In this document: positions 9,328 through 19,957 of the stretch, one piece after another
Numbering within the stretch: the first letter of the stretch is position 1
Layout of the letters: each line of letters opens with the position of its first letter
Virus record (IMG/VR): IMGVR_UViG_3300032334_000315
Span: 90,690-154,689 of that record
Strand: one strand, 5' to 3'
Length of the DNA stretch: 64,000 nt
Origin: a virus
Translations under genes and position numbers: made by a program
The notes under the pieces: model-generated
Database searches by the model: none
Told to the model about the DNA's origin: nothing
The model's input: only the letters and a program-made list of their open reading frames with translations

Positions 9328-10379
9328 TTTAGATAGTATGGTTGCGAAAAGAAGCAATGCTTTCTATTTATCGCTGTATGCTTTGATATAGTTCTCATGC
9401 CTTCCAGCGTCATTCTATACATAGCACTATCGGTTTTTGATAGCATGAACATATCTCTGGCGCTGAGCGAGCTATACATGGATTTGGTCGATTCAAATTG
9501 AAGTGGTGTTCTGAGGTTATATATGATGCTATTCATCCGTTTCATGCGGTCCATATATGCGACTTCTCTTTGCCAACCATGAGGTAATGTTTTACCCTGC
9601 ATTATCATATCAACAAAAAGCGTTTCAAACCTCATGACAACGTGGGCCTGCTTTACCATGATCTTTATTACGATGTCATCTGTACCGTTGTAGAAATTGA
9701 TGCGCTTGAAGTTTTCATCTTCATAGTTTGCACCATAGTCATTGACGGATAGATCATTAAATCGGACGCAGTTATCGAGGGCTTCATATCCTGGCTTGTC
9801 GGAACCCATAATATAGCATGTCTTTTTGTTATTGTCTTTGCCAATAAACTTCTTCAGGTCATACCAGAATAGATTATGAACGCTTTTAAATGCACCGATA
9901 TGATCGGTCCATTCATTACCATATTTTTTAATGAGTGTGAAATTGTTTGGATCGGTAAAGTGTTCGGTATAGTCAGATACCGTAATCTTTGTGTTCGGTA
10001 GATGCATACCGTTTAGAGTCGGAAACGCATTGAGATATATGTCGCCGTTATGATTTTCGTCGGTGCCTTTTTGTTTATCTTGAGAGAATGCGCCGACTAA
10101 AAGTATCTCGTCTATCAAAATATTATTGTAGTAGAATGTTTCCAATATGTTGGTAGAGTCGTAGCCTCCAGAATAGCATAGGATCACGTGGTCATATTGA
10201 TCGCGAATCTGCTGTGCGCGTTCGCGATACAATACATCTAGAGTTTCAGTTGGCTCTGTTTTCCAATCGACTTTTTTAAAAACGTCATCGTAAAAATAAA
10301 AAGAACAATGTCTGTTTGAAGCAACAGCCGCAGCGTGTGTTGGATAGACATTTCTATCCTCATCATAATAAAACATCAT
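9324..10379 (-). CDS. PP-loop protein, third long paralogue
   Basis: LYRERAQQIRDQYDHVILCYSGGYDSTNIL, MGSDKP, VKQAH. Confidence 0.65.
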   Translation of the reverse strand: MMFYYDEDRNVYPTHAAAVASNRHCSFYFYDDVFKKVDWKTEPTETLDVLYRERAQQIRDQYDHVILCYSGGYDSTNILETFYYNNILIDEILLVGAFSQDKQKGTDENHNGDIYLNAFPTLNGMHLPNTKITVSDYTEHFTDPNNFTLIKKYGNEWTDHIGAFKSVHNLFWYDLKKFIGKDNNKKTCYIMGSDKPGYEALDNCVRFNDLSVNDYGANYEDENFKRINFYNGTDDIVIKIMVKQAHVVMRFETLFVDMIMQGKTLPHGWQREVAYMDRMKRMNSIIYNLRTPLQFESTKSMYSSLSARDMFMLSKTDSAMYRMTLEGMRTISKHTAINRKHCFFSQPYYLK

Positions 10380-10388
10380 TGAATGTGT

Positions 10389-10820
10389 TTACCCTGCTGT
10401 TTTGTTGGTAAAATTATCCTTTGATAGCGAATCAATCAAACTCTTAATATCATCATCTGTTAGAACATCGGCCTTCTTAGCAAGAAGTTCATCAGTATTT
10501 TTAATAACGGTTTTACCAAGCATTGCTTTTACATTTGTTAAAGATGTATCTATATCTGGATTATTTACAGCTTCCATTTTACGAAGCCATGCCATTGGTG
10601 CGTTCATAAGGATAAAATCTTCAAGCACTTGCCCTTCTAGTGGTGGAATTGGCATGTCTAAAGATACATCCGTGCGGCAGCGCATAGGAGTACTGTCTGG
10701 GCGACGATTAACATCGTTTGCCACTTTTAGCATTTCTTCGGTTATTTTATCAGTTGTATATCTGACAACAAACAAATGGTCATCAGGCCATACTTCAATG
10801 ATTCTGTAATGAATGTTCAT
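10389..10820 (-). CDS. Hypothetical protein, possibly a fibre/adhesin assembly factor
   Basis: Translationally coupled to the Gly-rich adhesin gene; function inferred from position only. Confidence 0.5.
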   Translation of the reverse strand: MNIHYRIIEVWPDDHLFVVRYTTDKITEEMLKVANDVNRRPDSTPMRCRTDVSLDMPIPPLEGQVLEDFILMNAPMAWLRKMEAVNNPDIDTSLTNVKAMLGKTVIKNTDELLAKKADVLTDDDIKSLIDSLSKDNFTNKTAG

Positions 10821-12181
10821 CCTACTGGTCCCGTTCTAGTTCCTGTGTTAATCCAACTTGTCACATATGCATTACCAGTTACGGCATTTCCTTGCGAACC
10901 TGTAGCACCAGTCGCACCTGTGGCTCCTGTGTCTCCAACTGCGCCTGTGGCTCCTGTGTTTCCTGGTGTTCCTGTTCCTCCAACATTTCCTACAGCACCA
11001 GCATTACCTGCAGGCCCATAACCACCTGCACCGCCGCCACCTTGAACGACACCCCAACCGCCTGGTGAACCATAAGGAGGATTATAACTTGCAGCACCAC
11101 CAGCTCCTATATTACCGCCGGGTCCGCCTGATGCGTAACCAGACCAACCAATAGTACCACCACCGCCACCACCATTAGCACCACCACCACCGCCAGCGTT
11201 TCCTGAAGTCACGCCAGGATAATAGCCTCCGCCACCTCCTCCACCATAACTACCACCACCGCCGCCGCCTCCACCGGCACCGTCCGGATCGGCCTTAGCG
11301 TTATAAGCATAACCACCTCCGCCTCCTCCACCACCGCCTCCGGTAGCTGCTCCACCACCATTGCCCGGTGAACCTCCAGCGCCCCCAGGTGCACCAGCGC
11401 CACCGGGCCCACCTGGGCCTCCTGGTCCGCCAGGGCCACCGACTCCGCCGGGCCCTCCTGTTCCACCGGCACCGCCGATAAATGATGTTGTGTTTTCAAT
11501 AACCGTTATTAGACCAGTAACGGAGTCAACCTGAAATGCGATACCGCCGGTACCACCAGCGTTACCAGTCACACCAGTGCCGCCTGTATTTCCTTTGCCG
11601 CCTGCGTTGCCTTGCCCACCACCATTACCGGGTGAGCCGTTATTTCCCGGTGCACCGTTATTACCTGGATTAGCAGGTGAACCGCCGCCGCCTCCATTAC
11701 CAGATACTTGCCAATAAGCAGGCGAGTTATAACCAGCGGGCACACCCTTAGATGCAGGATAATAACCTGTAGCAGGAAAATAAATTGGTGATCCTGCACC
11801 GCCACCACCACCGACACCATTTGAACCTGGATTACCTGGTGTCCCAGTATTACCTGGTGTGCCTGGGTTTCCCGCAAGGCCTGTAGTGCCGGAGTTTCCT
11901 GTAGTGCCTGGATTACCTGTAGCACCTTGATTACCAGAAGTGCCTGTGCCGCCTGTGATGGTAGAAGTATTCTTCACATACACAAACGAACCAGCTTTCC
12001 AACCAGTTCCAGTCTTAAATGCTGGTGTGTTAGGTGATGATGATCCGATGTTATTATTGATAAAGCATAGCAAGTTCAACGGATATGTAGGTGCAGCCGA
12101 TGTGTTATATAGGTCTACGTTATTCGTAGAGCTATCAATACTAACAACCTTAGTTGGTCTTGCCATTAAAAATGTGAACAT
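10817..12181 (-). CDS. Gly-rich receptor-binding adhesin (T-even gp38-like) with G-X-Y repeat blocks
   Basis: Poly-Gly motifs separated by aromatic variable loops; C-terminus GNAVTGNAYVTSWINTGTRTGPV resembles gp38 ends; several G-X-Y runs. Confidence 0.65.
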   Translation of the reverse strand: MFTFLMARPTKVVSIDSSTNNVDLYNTSAAPTYPLNLLCFINNNIGSSSPNTPAFKTGTGWKAGSFVYVKNTSTITGGTGTSGNQGATGNPGTTGNSGTTGLAGNPGTPGNTGTPGNPGSNGVGGGGGAGSPIYFPATGYYPASKGVPAGYNSPAYWQVSGNGGGGGSPANPGNNGAPGNNGSPGNGGGQGNAGGKGNTGGTGVTGNAGGTGGIAFQVDSVTGLITVIENTTSFIGGAGGTGGPGGVGGPGGPGGPGGPGGAGAPGGAGGSPGNGGGAATGGGGGGGGGGYAYNAKADPDGAGGGGGGGGSYGGGGGGGYYPGVTSGNAGGGGGANGGGGGGTIGWSGYASGGPGGNIGAGGAASYNPPYGSPGGWGVVQGGGGAGGYGPAGNAGAVGNVGGTGTPGNTGATGAVGDTGATGATGATGSQGNAVTGNAYVTSWINTGTRTGPVG

Positions 12182-12184
12182 GTG

Positions 12185-13213
12185 TTATCTTACATCCGGC
12201 ATGAATGAACCATAGAGATATGTACCATCAGAAACGAACGAAAATACGTCATGCGCGCCCGCAGCAGTAGATAGAGGAGGTGCAACACCAGCAGTCCACT
12301 TAAAGATTGCATTCCATGTTGCTGTACGACCACCGGTACCGTCTTGATAAATGTGGAGAATATATGTACCGACTTTTAGATTTGATGGTGCACCGATTGT
12401 GCGATTACCACCAATCGTCACAGTAGCAATCTGACCTAATGCTGTGTTCCACGCTACTGTGGCCGCATCTGAAAGTGTTTGCTGTAGAATGTTTGCGGTT
12501 GCGGTGCTTACTGTTCCATTGAATGTGGAGTTACCAGAAACTGTGAGATTCTGAGTGACATTTAGTGATCTATTTACAGTAACAAGACCAGAAGATGCAA
12601 TGGTAAATCTATCAGCCAGACCGAGCTGAACACCCCAACCCGAAGTGTTAGCTGTAATCTTTGCGACTTCAACACCATTGATGGTATAGAAGTCATATGT
12701 GTTATAACCCGTCGGCGCTTTTCTTTGGAATGCTGCCGTTGCACCTGTCGATTCGGCCAGAACCGCTTGACTGGCTGCTCTAGAAACCGTAAGAACACCA
12801 CCAATATTAGTATTACCACCAACAAAAAGATTTGTGGAAACAGTCGCACGACCAACAACATTTGCTGTGCCTGTAATAAAAGTTGTTTTGTTTGCTCCAC
12901 CTAAAAACGTATTACCAGATACGTTTAGATTCGTGCCGACTGTAAGGCGACCAGACGCGGTTGTTAGGCCTGTAAATGTGGAGTTGCCTGTAACGCCTAG
13001 ATTGGTACCAACTACGGCTCTACCTGATGCAGTGAATAGACCCGTGACAGTTGCAGTACCTTTTGCAGTGAACGCTACGTTAGATGTCAGAGTGTTAGCA
13101 TAAAGAGAAGAGTTGTTGATAGCAAACTGGCTCATACGATCCAACACAGTGTTGGTTCGCGTTCTCCACGTATTAAATGTATCCGTAAGGGCGACGTTAG
13201 CTATCTTAGCCAT
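12185..13213 (-). CDS. Tail fibre / virion structural protein
   Basis: N-terminal VALTDTFNTWRTRTN anchor, beta-repeat shaft, and a C-terminal QDGTGGRTATW...KWTAGVAPPLST...DVFSF fibre-tip domain. Confidence 0.7.
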   Translation of the reverse strand: MAKIANVALTDTFNTWRTRTNTVLDRMSQFAINNSSLYANTLTSNVAFTAKGTATVTGLFTASGRAVVGTNLGVTGNSTFTGLTTASGRLTVGTNLNVSGNTFLGGANKTTFITGTANVVGRATVSTNLFVGGNTNIGGVLTVSRAASQAVLAESTGATAAFQRKAPTGYNTYDFYTINGVEVAKITANTSGWGVQLGLADRFTIASSGLVTVNRSLNVTQNLTVSGNSTFNGTVSTATANILQQTLSDAATVAWNTALGQIATVTIGGNRTIGAPSNLKVGTYILHIYQDGTGGRTATWNAIFKWTAGVAPPLSTAAGAHDVFSFVSDGTYLYGSFMPDVR

Positions 13214-13216
13214 CTA

Positions 13217-13432
13217 TTATCCTATCTTGTCTAAAAGTCGCTGCATCAGCGATTTTATTTGATCTATATCAGACTTCATATTATTTATATCTGAAAGAGC
13301 AGCGTCCAATTCCTGTTGCTTATTTCTCTTACGTCTATAAGCTTCAAGGCCATCAATATCGGTACTCAGAACAGCCTGGTTAGTAACATCTCTGACTAAC
13401 CCAGGCGCGTCTTTTACTTTTGCTACTTGCAT
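13217..13432 (-). CDS. Small coiled-coil protein of the type found after VrlC-like genes
   Basis: VKDAPGLVRD...AVL...YRRKR...INNMKSDIDQIKSLM; synteny. Confidence 0.65.
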   Translation of the reverse strand: MQVAKVKDAPGLVRDVTNQAVLSTDIDGLEAYRRKRNKQQELDAALSDINNMKSDIDQIKSLMQRLLDKIG

Positions 13433-13435
13433 TTC

Positions 13436-16400
13436 TTACCTCTGTAGTGCAATTGCTCTAAGTTCATGGACTGTTGGTGGATTCGTGCTGGTATCAGCAG
13501 TCAATACGACTTTAACAGCAAAGAACTTGAATCGCACATAACGAGCTTTTGTTGAGTTGCGATATTCAACATAACCAGTTGTGTTATTTGCACCATACTG
13601 ATTGATAGCACGACCAGATGTGTCGGTAATAGCAGTTGTTGGGAAGTTTGGCATATTGTATGTTAGCTCAATATAATCTTCCTTATTGATGCTGCTTGAA
13701 TATCTAGTTGTTCCAGTGTAACCCTGAGATGTGTCACGACTCATAGGAATCCAACGTGCATCTTCAAACAAATCATTGTCGTCCGCATTTAGGATCTTAG
13801 CATATACCTTAACATCGGATCCCGGTGGAATGTATGCTGCTAGATACACACGAAGGTCTTCTGCATCTTGACCATCTGCGAGTGTCACGCGACGAGTGAC
13901 ATAACGAGTTTTAGAATTGCCACCGGACTTTACCCAATCTTCTGATGATCCAATTTCTGTGTTAGAACTAATCAGATTGCGAGTTGCGACCAATGAAATT
14001 CTGCGAAGATCAATAGCTGGTGAAGCAACAGCATTTCGGCCATTAAGAATGTACTGTATTTCAGCGGACTTATTTCTAGCCATTGTTGAGCTTGAAGCTG
14101 AAGTGTTTGCTTCAATGCTGCGACTCAAAATATAATGAGGAGATGAGAGTTCAGCCACATCATTAATTATAATTTCTCCGAATGATGAATCGCGTGTGCT
14201 TGTGCTTGAAGCAAACTTAGCATATGCTCCTACAGATGTATTTGATGGTTGAATCAAATTGGTAATCAAGCTGACATTGTCCATTGATACGCTATCAATT
14301 GTTACGATACAAGCTGTGTACGCATTTGTTTGACCTGTGATGTACATACCGGGGAAGAACATACGGTTTGCACTGTTTGCTGGTCCACTGTTTGCATATG
14401 CTGTGTTGGCAATATGTAGTTTGGTGTTTGCGTAATTCACAACATCATAATAAACTGTTCTACCAACTGGATATGTTGCAGACTTTAGCGCAGTACATGT
14501 ACCAATTTGTACGCCCGTTGTTGGATTAGTGTTACGAATCGTAATTGTTTCACCACCCTTGAATGCTGCACCAATTGAATTACCTTTAATGCGAATTGCA
14601 CTAGTGCTCCAAGATGTGATTGTGCCGGTTGCTCCTGATGTTTGGCCCTGTGCATAGCAAAGGATTGAGCCAGCCGTATTAACTGATTTCGTATTAGAGA
14701 ACGTACCTACTAGAAGCTGTTCGCCATAAACAAGTTCACCAATCTTATTGAATGCACCTGTTGTGTTAGCGATAGTGAAGTAGTCGCGATTCTCATTCTT
14801 TAGAACCAAAGTGCCTGTAGAGCTAGAAGCAAATTTTGCGTAGTACGCAGTAAACTTCAAATCTTCATTTTCTACCGGCACCCATGTGCGCTGATTTGCT
14901 GAAGTGAATAGGAATCCTGCAGCTGGCTGCTCAGAAACACGAGACTTTGTTATAATATCTTTTTCACCAAGAACGGCTGTAAATGCATTGTAGTTTGGAT
15001 TTGTACCTGCTGGAATGAGAACAATCGCATATTCTTTGCCGTCACCCACATAAACTGGTGATGGGAAATATACCGGTGTTACCGCAGATCCGTCATCGCT
15101 GATATTGATATCGGCCGACGGAACAACAACACGAGAGAATGGCACAACGCGAGTTGTAATGTACGCTGTAGCTGGATCCACTTCACGCAATTCAATAATA
15201 ATTGGAAGTGTTGCATCTTTAGTTGCAAAATATAAATCCAACTTAGTTAGATACATTCCACTTGTTTGAATTCGGTTTGACAATAGTGCTGTAATAAGCA
15301 TGGTCTGTGCGATAGGATCATCTGATCCTCCACAACCACCATCGCCTCCACCACCACCGTCTCCACCGCCTCCACCGTCGCCGGGAGCTGGGCCAGCATC
15401 ACCTGCATCACCAGGAATAACACCAACGAGACGTTGCCCACCAACTTCATTTGTCGTTGTTTGATTGACGTTTTTAATTTCAGTCAACAATTGTTGTGAA
15501 ATTGTTGCTCTTTTTGTTGAAAGAGTTAAGTCTGAAATGCCTGCCATCAAACCTTCAGATGAATAATCCGTTTCGGCTGATGTTGTAAACTGACCAAAAA
15601 CAAGACTATTTGTTGAATTATCAACAAAACGTAGACGCTTAGTTCCTGTACGGAAACGAAGTGATGAATCGCTAGGTAGACGGAATATACCATATGCAGA
15701 CCCATCAGCGCCAGTATTTAAAGATGCTCCTTCAACAGCGGTTGGTTTTGTCGGAACACCGTTTACCTTAAGACCAGAGTTATATTCATCGGCTGTTAGT
15801 GGTGTGATGTATCTATTAACATCTACTCCGTCAAAAAAACCATAGATACGGCTACTAGACTTCATTCCAACAATTTTGAAGATAATCATGCGCGAGCGCA
15901 TGAATGGTTGAATATTTACGTCTTTAACAAAATTACCTAAAGTCTGTTTATTATTTGTTACTGTAGCTATAGTTTGACTACCAGTTCTTCCTTCAATTGT
16001 AGGTGTTGTAAAGATATTTTGCGTGATGAAATTCTGCATCACGTTTGTGGAACCGTCAGCTTGAGGTACAAGAGTTTGATCCGTATCTCTATTATTTGAC
16101 GAGCTTAAAACTGGTGTACCAACAAATGTTTGTTGCCATCCATTCCATGATGTTGGCCATGCATTAGCTAACCAAATCCAGTTATCTGTGTTCAAATCAA
16201 TATTGATATCAACATCTGGTCGCTGCGTTGTGTCCATCCAATAATCACTATCAGGTGTGATTGTGATTGTGCCTCTCCACAAGAACGCTGTACCAACACA
16301 ATTACGAGTTGTCGTTGCATAAGGTTGTGTTACCAAAACATCGTGACTATATGGTAAAGTTACAAGATCGCCAGGAACAGCATTAGATACCGAAACGATA

Positions 16401-19400
16401 GAAACTGACGCGCCACTTAATGTCGAGTCTGATATTGATACAGAGCCACCAGCAGTAAAATTACCAGTAGCATTTTCAACATATAGTTTAATACCATAGC
16501 CACGGCCACCAGTAATTTGTTGGTATGCCATATTTCTAATTGTTGCTGTAACAGAACCTGAAGTTATTGTTGCGCCTGCTAGATTACCAGAAACGCCGTT
16601 TTCTGGGCGAGTTGATACATATTCACTCGGAAGCAAATCTATGATAACTGTCTGGTCTTTAGATATACCGGCTGGTGTTACGTTGGTACGTACAACACCA
16701 GATGAGTTTGCAGTATAAGTCAGAGCAACATTGTCCAGCGTCATCAATGGACGCATTTTGCCCTTTTCGGAGTCAACAGTCCACTTCGTATCATTATCAA
16801 ATGGATTGGCTACTCCATATCCTTTAAACGAATCTACAAGAATGCCATTTTTAAATCTGTCTAATCCACTTGCATCTGGAATCAATAGATCCGTGGTATT
16901 CTTTTCCAATAGATTCAAGGATGTATAATACTCTAGACGATCTATACGATCACGAATGTTACCAATATCGCGCATCGTATAACGCTCATTGCGGATCTTA
17001 CGAACATTGTTAGACAAGTCCGCACGATTTACACGGCGCGCAATTTCAACTGGAAGAGAAGGATACGGAGCAAGAGATATTGTGGCTAGTGCCATCATAT
17101 CTTCCGGCACTGCTGGTGCAGCAGGTCTGCTATCAGGAACACCTCTTACAATGTTAAAAATACCGGCCTTAGTGACAGCAACAGTGTCTATACGCTTTAG
17201 ATAATAATCAGCATCTGTTGTGAAATCTTGACCTGTCGGTGGAAATTTTAAGCAACCAGTTGGATTATAAAATGTCGTAGAGGTAAGCGGATTAATTGAA
17301 ATATTTGTCAATGCCGTCACGCTATTTGCGGTATCGGCAATACGAGGACGAACATCAACACAGTCGCGAAGATCAAATGCTATACCTGATGTCGGAGAAA
17401 CATACACAGGAATGTCATATGTGTACATTTTTGATGTGTCAGTTCCAGCAGTTGAGTCATTTACTGGATAAGAATCGACTGAAAAATATCCTACACCAGA
17501 CGAATGGCTGTGTGTAAAATGGTCAAATGTTACAAGCAATCTATCTCCAGAAGAGATAGACAAACTGCTTGATGATTTCTTCTTCAAGCGAGCATGATCG
17601 TAATAGTTGTCTCCCATACCGGTGTCAAGAATGAAATCGTTTGTTACATCTGTACCTTCAGTGGTAGTACTAAAATTTGAACTTGACTTCTTACGAACGG
17701 ATACAAGTTTGAATCCATCAGACATACCAAGAGGCCATGGACCTGTGGTATTGGCTGTATATGAAGTGCCGCCTCCGGCGCCGATACGAATTTGAACCAG
17801 ACGGTTACGAGCAATTACCTTAGCCGCTTCTTGTCCATCAATTTGATTGACATGTGCTACAATATTAAGTGGAACACCTGTCGTGTTAAATGTCTCGTTT
17901 AGATTGATTGTTGCTCCGCGCGCAGGTGAAGAAGAAATCTGAACTGTACGAGCGCCATTACCACCATATCCACCTAGATCAACAACTTGACCTGAGATAA
18001 ATTTCTTGTAGTACTTACCACTTGTTACTGTAGCTGCTGCTGTACCCAGTACATTCAATGATGTATCGCTGTTTACTGCACTAACAATAAGATCACCAGC
18101 AAGACCGATATGGAGAACATCGCCCACATTGATCTTAGTTGTGAAACCAGAACCGCCAGCACCGGTTACAGTATTAGCACCAGAAGTTATGCTTACGGAA
18201 CCAACCGCAACAGTGTTAGCTGCGCTTGTCACTACAGCATGAAAATCTGTACGGCGTGCTGACTGACTTAGATATGATCCGCCACCATCAAATGTCTGAT
18301 TGTCGTCACCTGTGTTTAGTGTAGCAACACCAGATGTATCGGTTGTCTGAGTAAATGTTTTGTAGAATTCAAAATCATTATTGACTACACCTGTTGCATC
18401 ACGAAGCTTTTTAGTAGCGATTGTTGGCAATCTAAAAATTGCACGATCTGTAGCAGAGTCTACAGTATTGGCTGATAGATAACGAACATCGGCTTTACCT
18501 GGTGTATTTGCCGAATATGCAACACCCTGAACTTGGGTAAAAGATTTACCAGCAGCCATTTTAATGTCGGTTAGATACATTTTATAAAGAGCATTTGGAG
18601 CTCCTGGTGTACCACTAAGATATTCAAGACCTCTCACACGCGCGGTACCGATCGTAGCACCTTTAGCGCCTCCTGATGGCCATGTTGTTGAGTATTCAAG
18701 TCTAGTTACAGAATTCGACTGGTTGTCTTTTAGATTTACTAATGACAATCCATTGAGATCCCATTTGCCGGCTACGCAGTCAACAATTAAATAATTACCG
18801 TAATCAATAAGTGCTTTTGCAGACTGAACAGAACTATAGTCAGTGGCTTTATTGAAAGAGATGCGTGTGGATACAATATTTTCATTATCATATCCTTTGA
18901 CATACGCTTTGCCAGGTTCAACAATAGCAACAAGTTTTGTAGAAAGGCCACCTTCAGAAGATGTGTATACTCCTTGATTATTACCAACTTTCAAATGCTC
19001 TTTAATCGTTACGCCCATACCAGAAACAACATAATCGCCAGACTCATCGACTGTACGCTGAGCAAGATAATCGCGGATCTTTGAATACTGAGTGCGATTT
19101 GAAATTGACTGAACGATACCATTTTTTACCTGCATCAACTCAATGAAAGTATTTGACACGGTTGCATCAATATCCACTTTCTTCAAATCAACAACAAGCT
19201 TTAAGCGGTTGGCGCCAGGCGCAGCGTAGTTATAAGATCCAGATGCTGGATCCAATAGCGTTGAGTCATCTACTTCTGAGATAATTGATTCAACGATGTC
19301 AAAACCAACGCGAACGCTAGGTGTCTTATCATATTTACTTAAAACCAAAGTCTGAGCAGGAACACGAATGAAGTGGTCTTTAGCATAAACAATACCAGCA

Positions 19401-19957
19401 TTAAAATTGGCTGCAATACCATATCCTTCAGCTGGATATTGTGCAGTTCCTACAATCGTATTTGCGACAAGGCCGCTGCCGTCTGTAGCGATAAGAATTT
19501 CGTTGTTGGTAAAATACTTTCTACCGCTGCTATTAGCTGATTGATATTTCAAAAATAATGTTTTTGTGTGTGGTGTGTTAGCTTCGGAACCATCATTACT
19601 ATTTACAACCAACGCGGTAACACCGGATGTGGAACCACGGAGTGTTTTACCAATAAATAAAGATGGTGTAATTGAAACACCTGTGCTAGTTTTATCACGA
19701 AGGCGGACATAAGTATACATTACGTCAAAGTTCATTTCGAACCCACGCACCGTAGAACCTTCTCTAAAAATATGTTCAGCAAAACGATCAATCTGATTTT
19801 GTAGGATCGTTTGCATTTGAGTCAGTTCACGGGCCTGAACTGCTAGTCCTGGACGAAAAAGGATTCTATGATAGTTCTTTGCCTCATCAAAATCATCGTA
19901 GAATGGATCTACGTTAAAGTTTGTTGAGAGCGTGACGGAATTTGCTTCTCCAGCCAT
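13436..19957 (-). CDS. Large virion structural protein, VrlC-like (DUF4815)
   Basis: NFNVDPFYDDFDEAKNYHRILFRPGLAVQARELTQMQTILQNQI, RYTMRDIG...RLEYYTSLNLLE, DRFKNGILVDSF, DPIAQT, C-terminal LRAIALQ. Confidence 0.88.
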   Translation of the reverse strand: MAGEANSVTLSTNFNVDPFYDDFDEAKNYHRILFRPGLAVQARELTQMQTILQNQIDRFAEHIFREGSTVRGFEMNFDVMYTYVRLRDKTSTGVSITPSLFIGKTLRGSTSGVTALVVNSNDGSEANTPHTKTLFLKYQSANSSGRKYFTNNEILIATDGSGLVANTIVGTAQYPAEGYGIAANFNAGIVYAKDHFIRVPAQTLVLSKYDKTPSVRVGFDIVESIISEVDDSTLLDPASGSYNYAAPGANRLKLVVDLKKVDIDATVSNTFIELMQVKNGIVQSISNRTQYSKIRDYLAQRTVDESGDYVVSGMGVTIKEHLKVGNNQGVYTSSEGGLSTKLVAIVEPGKAYVKGYDNENIVSTRISFNKATDYSSVQSAKALIDYGNYLIVDCVAGKWDLNGLSLVNLKDNQSNSVTRLEYSTTWPSGGAKGATIGTARVRGLEYLSGTPGAPNALYKMYLTDIKMAAGKSFTQVQGVAYSANTPGKADVRYLSANTVDSATDRAIFRLPTIATKKLRDATGVVNNDFEFYKTFTQTTDTSGVATLNTGDDNQTFDGGGSYLSQSARRTDFHAVVTSAANTVAVGSVSITSGANTVTGAGGSGFTTKINVGDVLHIGLAGDLIVSAVNSDTSLNVLGTAAATVTSGKYYKKFISGQVVDLGGYGGNGARTVQISSSPARGATINLNETFNTTGVPLNIVAHVNQIDGQEAAKVIARNRLVQIRIGAGGGTSYTANTTGPWPLGMSDGFKLVSVRKKSSSNFSTTTEGTDVTNDFILDTGMGDNYYDHARLKKKSSSSLSISSGDRLLVTFDHFTHSHSSGVGYFSVDSYPVNDSTAGTDTSKMYTYDIPVYVSPTSGIAFDLRDCVDVRPRIADTANSVTALTNISINPLTSTTFYNPTGCLKFPPTGQDFTTDADYYLKRIDTVAVTKAGIFNIVRGVPDSRPAAPAVPEDMMALATISLAPYPSLPVEIARRVNRADLSNNVRKIRNERYTMRDIGNIRDRIDRLEYYTSLNLLEKNTTDLLIPDASGLDRFKNGILVDSFKGYGVANPFDNDTKWTVDSEKGKMRPLMTLDNVALTYTANSSGVVRTNVTPAGISKDQTVIIDLLPSEYVSTRPENGVSGNLAGATITSGSVTATIRNMAYQQITGGRGYGIKLYVENATGNFTAGGSVSISDSTLSGASVSIVSVSNAVPGDLVTLPYSHDVLVTQPYATTTRNCVGTAFLWRGTITITPDSDYWMDTTQRPDVDINIDLNTDNWIWLANAWPTSWNGWQQTFVGTPVLSSSNNRDTDQTLVPQADGSTNVMQNFITQNIFTTPTIEGRTGSQTIATVTNNKQTLGNFVKDVNIQPFMRSRMIIFKIVGMKSSSRIYGFFDGVDVNRYITPLTADEYNSGLKVNGVPTKPTAVEGASLNTGADGSAYGIFRLPSDSSLRFRTGTKRLRFVDNSTNSLVFGQFTTSAETDYSSEGLMAGISDLTLSTKRATISQQLLTEIKNVNQTTTNEVGGQRLVGVIPGDAGDAGPAPGDGGGGGDGGGGGDGGCGGSDDPIAQTMLITALLSNRIQTSGMYLTKLDLYFATKDATLPIIIELREVDPATAYITTRVVPFSRVVVPSADINISDDGSAVTPVYFPSPVYVGDGKEYAIVLIPAGTNPNYNAFTAVLGEKDIITKSRVSEQPAAGFLFTSANQRTWVPVENEDLKFTAYYAKFASSSTGTLVLKNENRDYFTIANTTGAFNKIGELVYGEQLLVGTFSNTKSVNTAGSILCYAQGQTSGATGTITSWSTSAIRIKGNSIGAAFKGGETITIRNTNPTTGVQIGTCTALKSATYPVGRTVYYDVVNYANTKLHIANTAYANSGPANSANRMFFPGMYITGQTNAYTACIVTIDSVSMDNVSLITNLIQPSNTSVGAYAKFASSTSTRDSSFGEIIINDVAELSSPHYILSRSIEANTSASSSTMARNKSAEIQYILNGRNAVASPAIDLRRISLVATRNLISSNTEIGSSEDWVKSGGNSKTRYVTRRVTLADGQDAEDLRVYLAAYIPPGSDVKVYAKILNADDNDLFEDARWIPMSRDTSQGYTGTTRYSSSINKEDYIELTYNMPNFPTTAITDTSGRAINQYGANNTTGYVEYRNSTKARYVRFKFFAVKVVLTADTSTNPPTVHELRAIALQR

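Noticed and set aside
4294-10379. PP-loop proteins as QueC (7-deazaguanine DNA modification) or lasso-peptide cyclases
   Set aside because: No QueC C-terminal Cys cluster, no queD/queE/folE/dpdA, and no lasso precursor or B-protein seen; only the SGGxDS motif is shared
10860-11940. Repetitive DNA that could be mistaken for a CRISPR array or tandem repeat locus
   Set aside because: The repeats are Gly codon triplets within a CDS; there is no constant repeat-spacer structure
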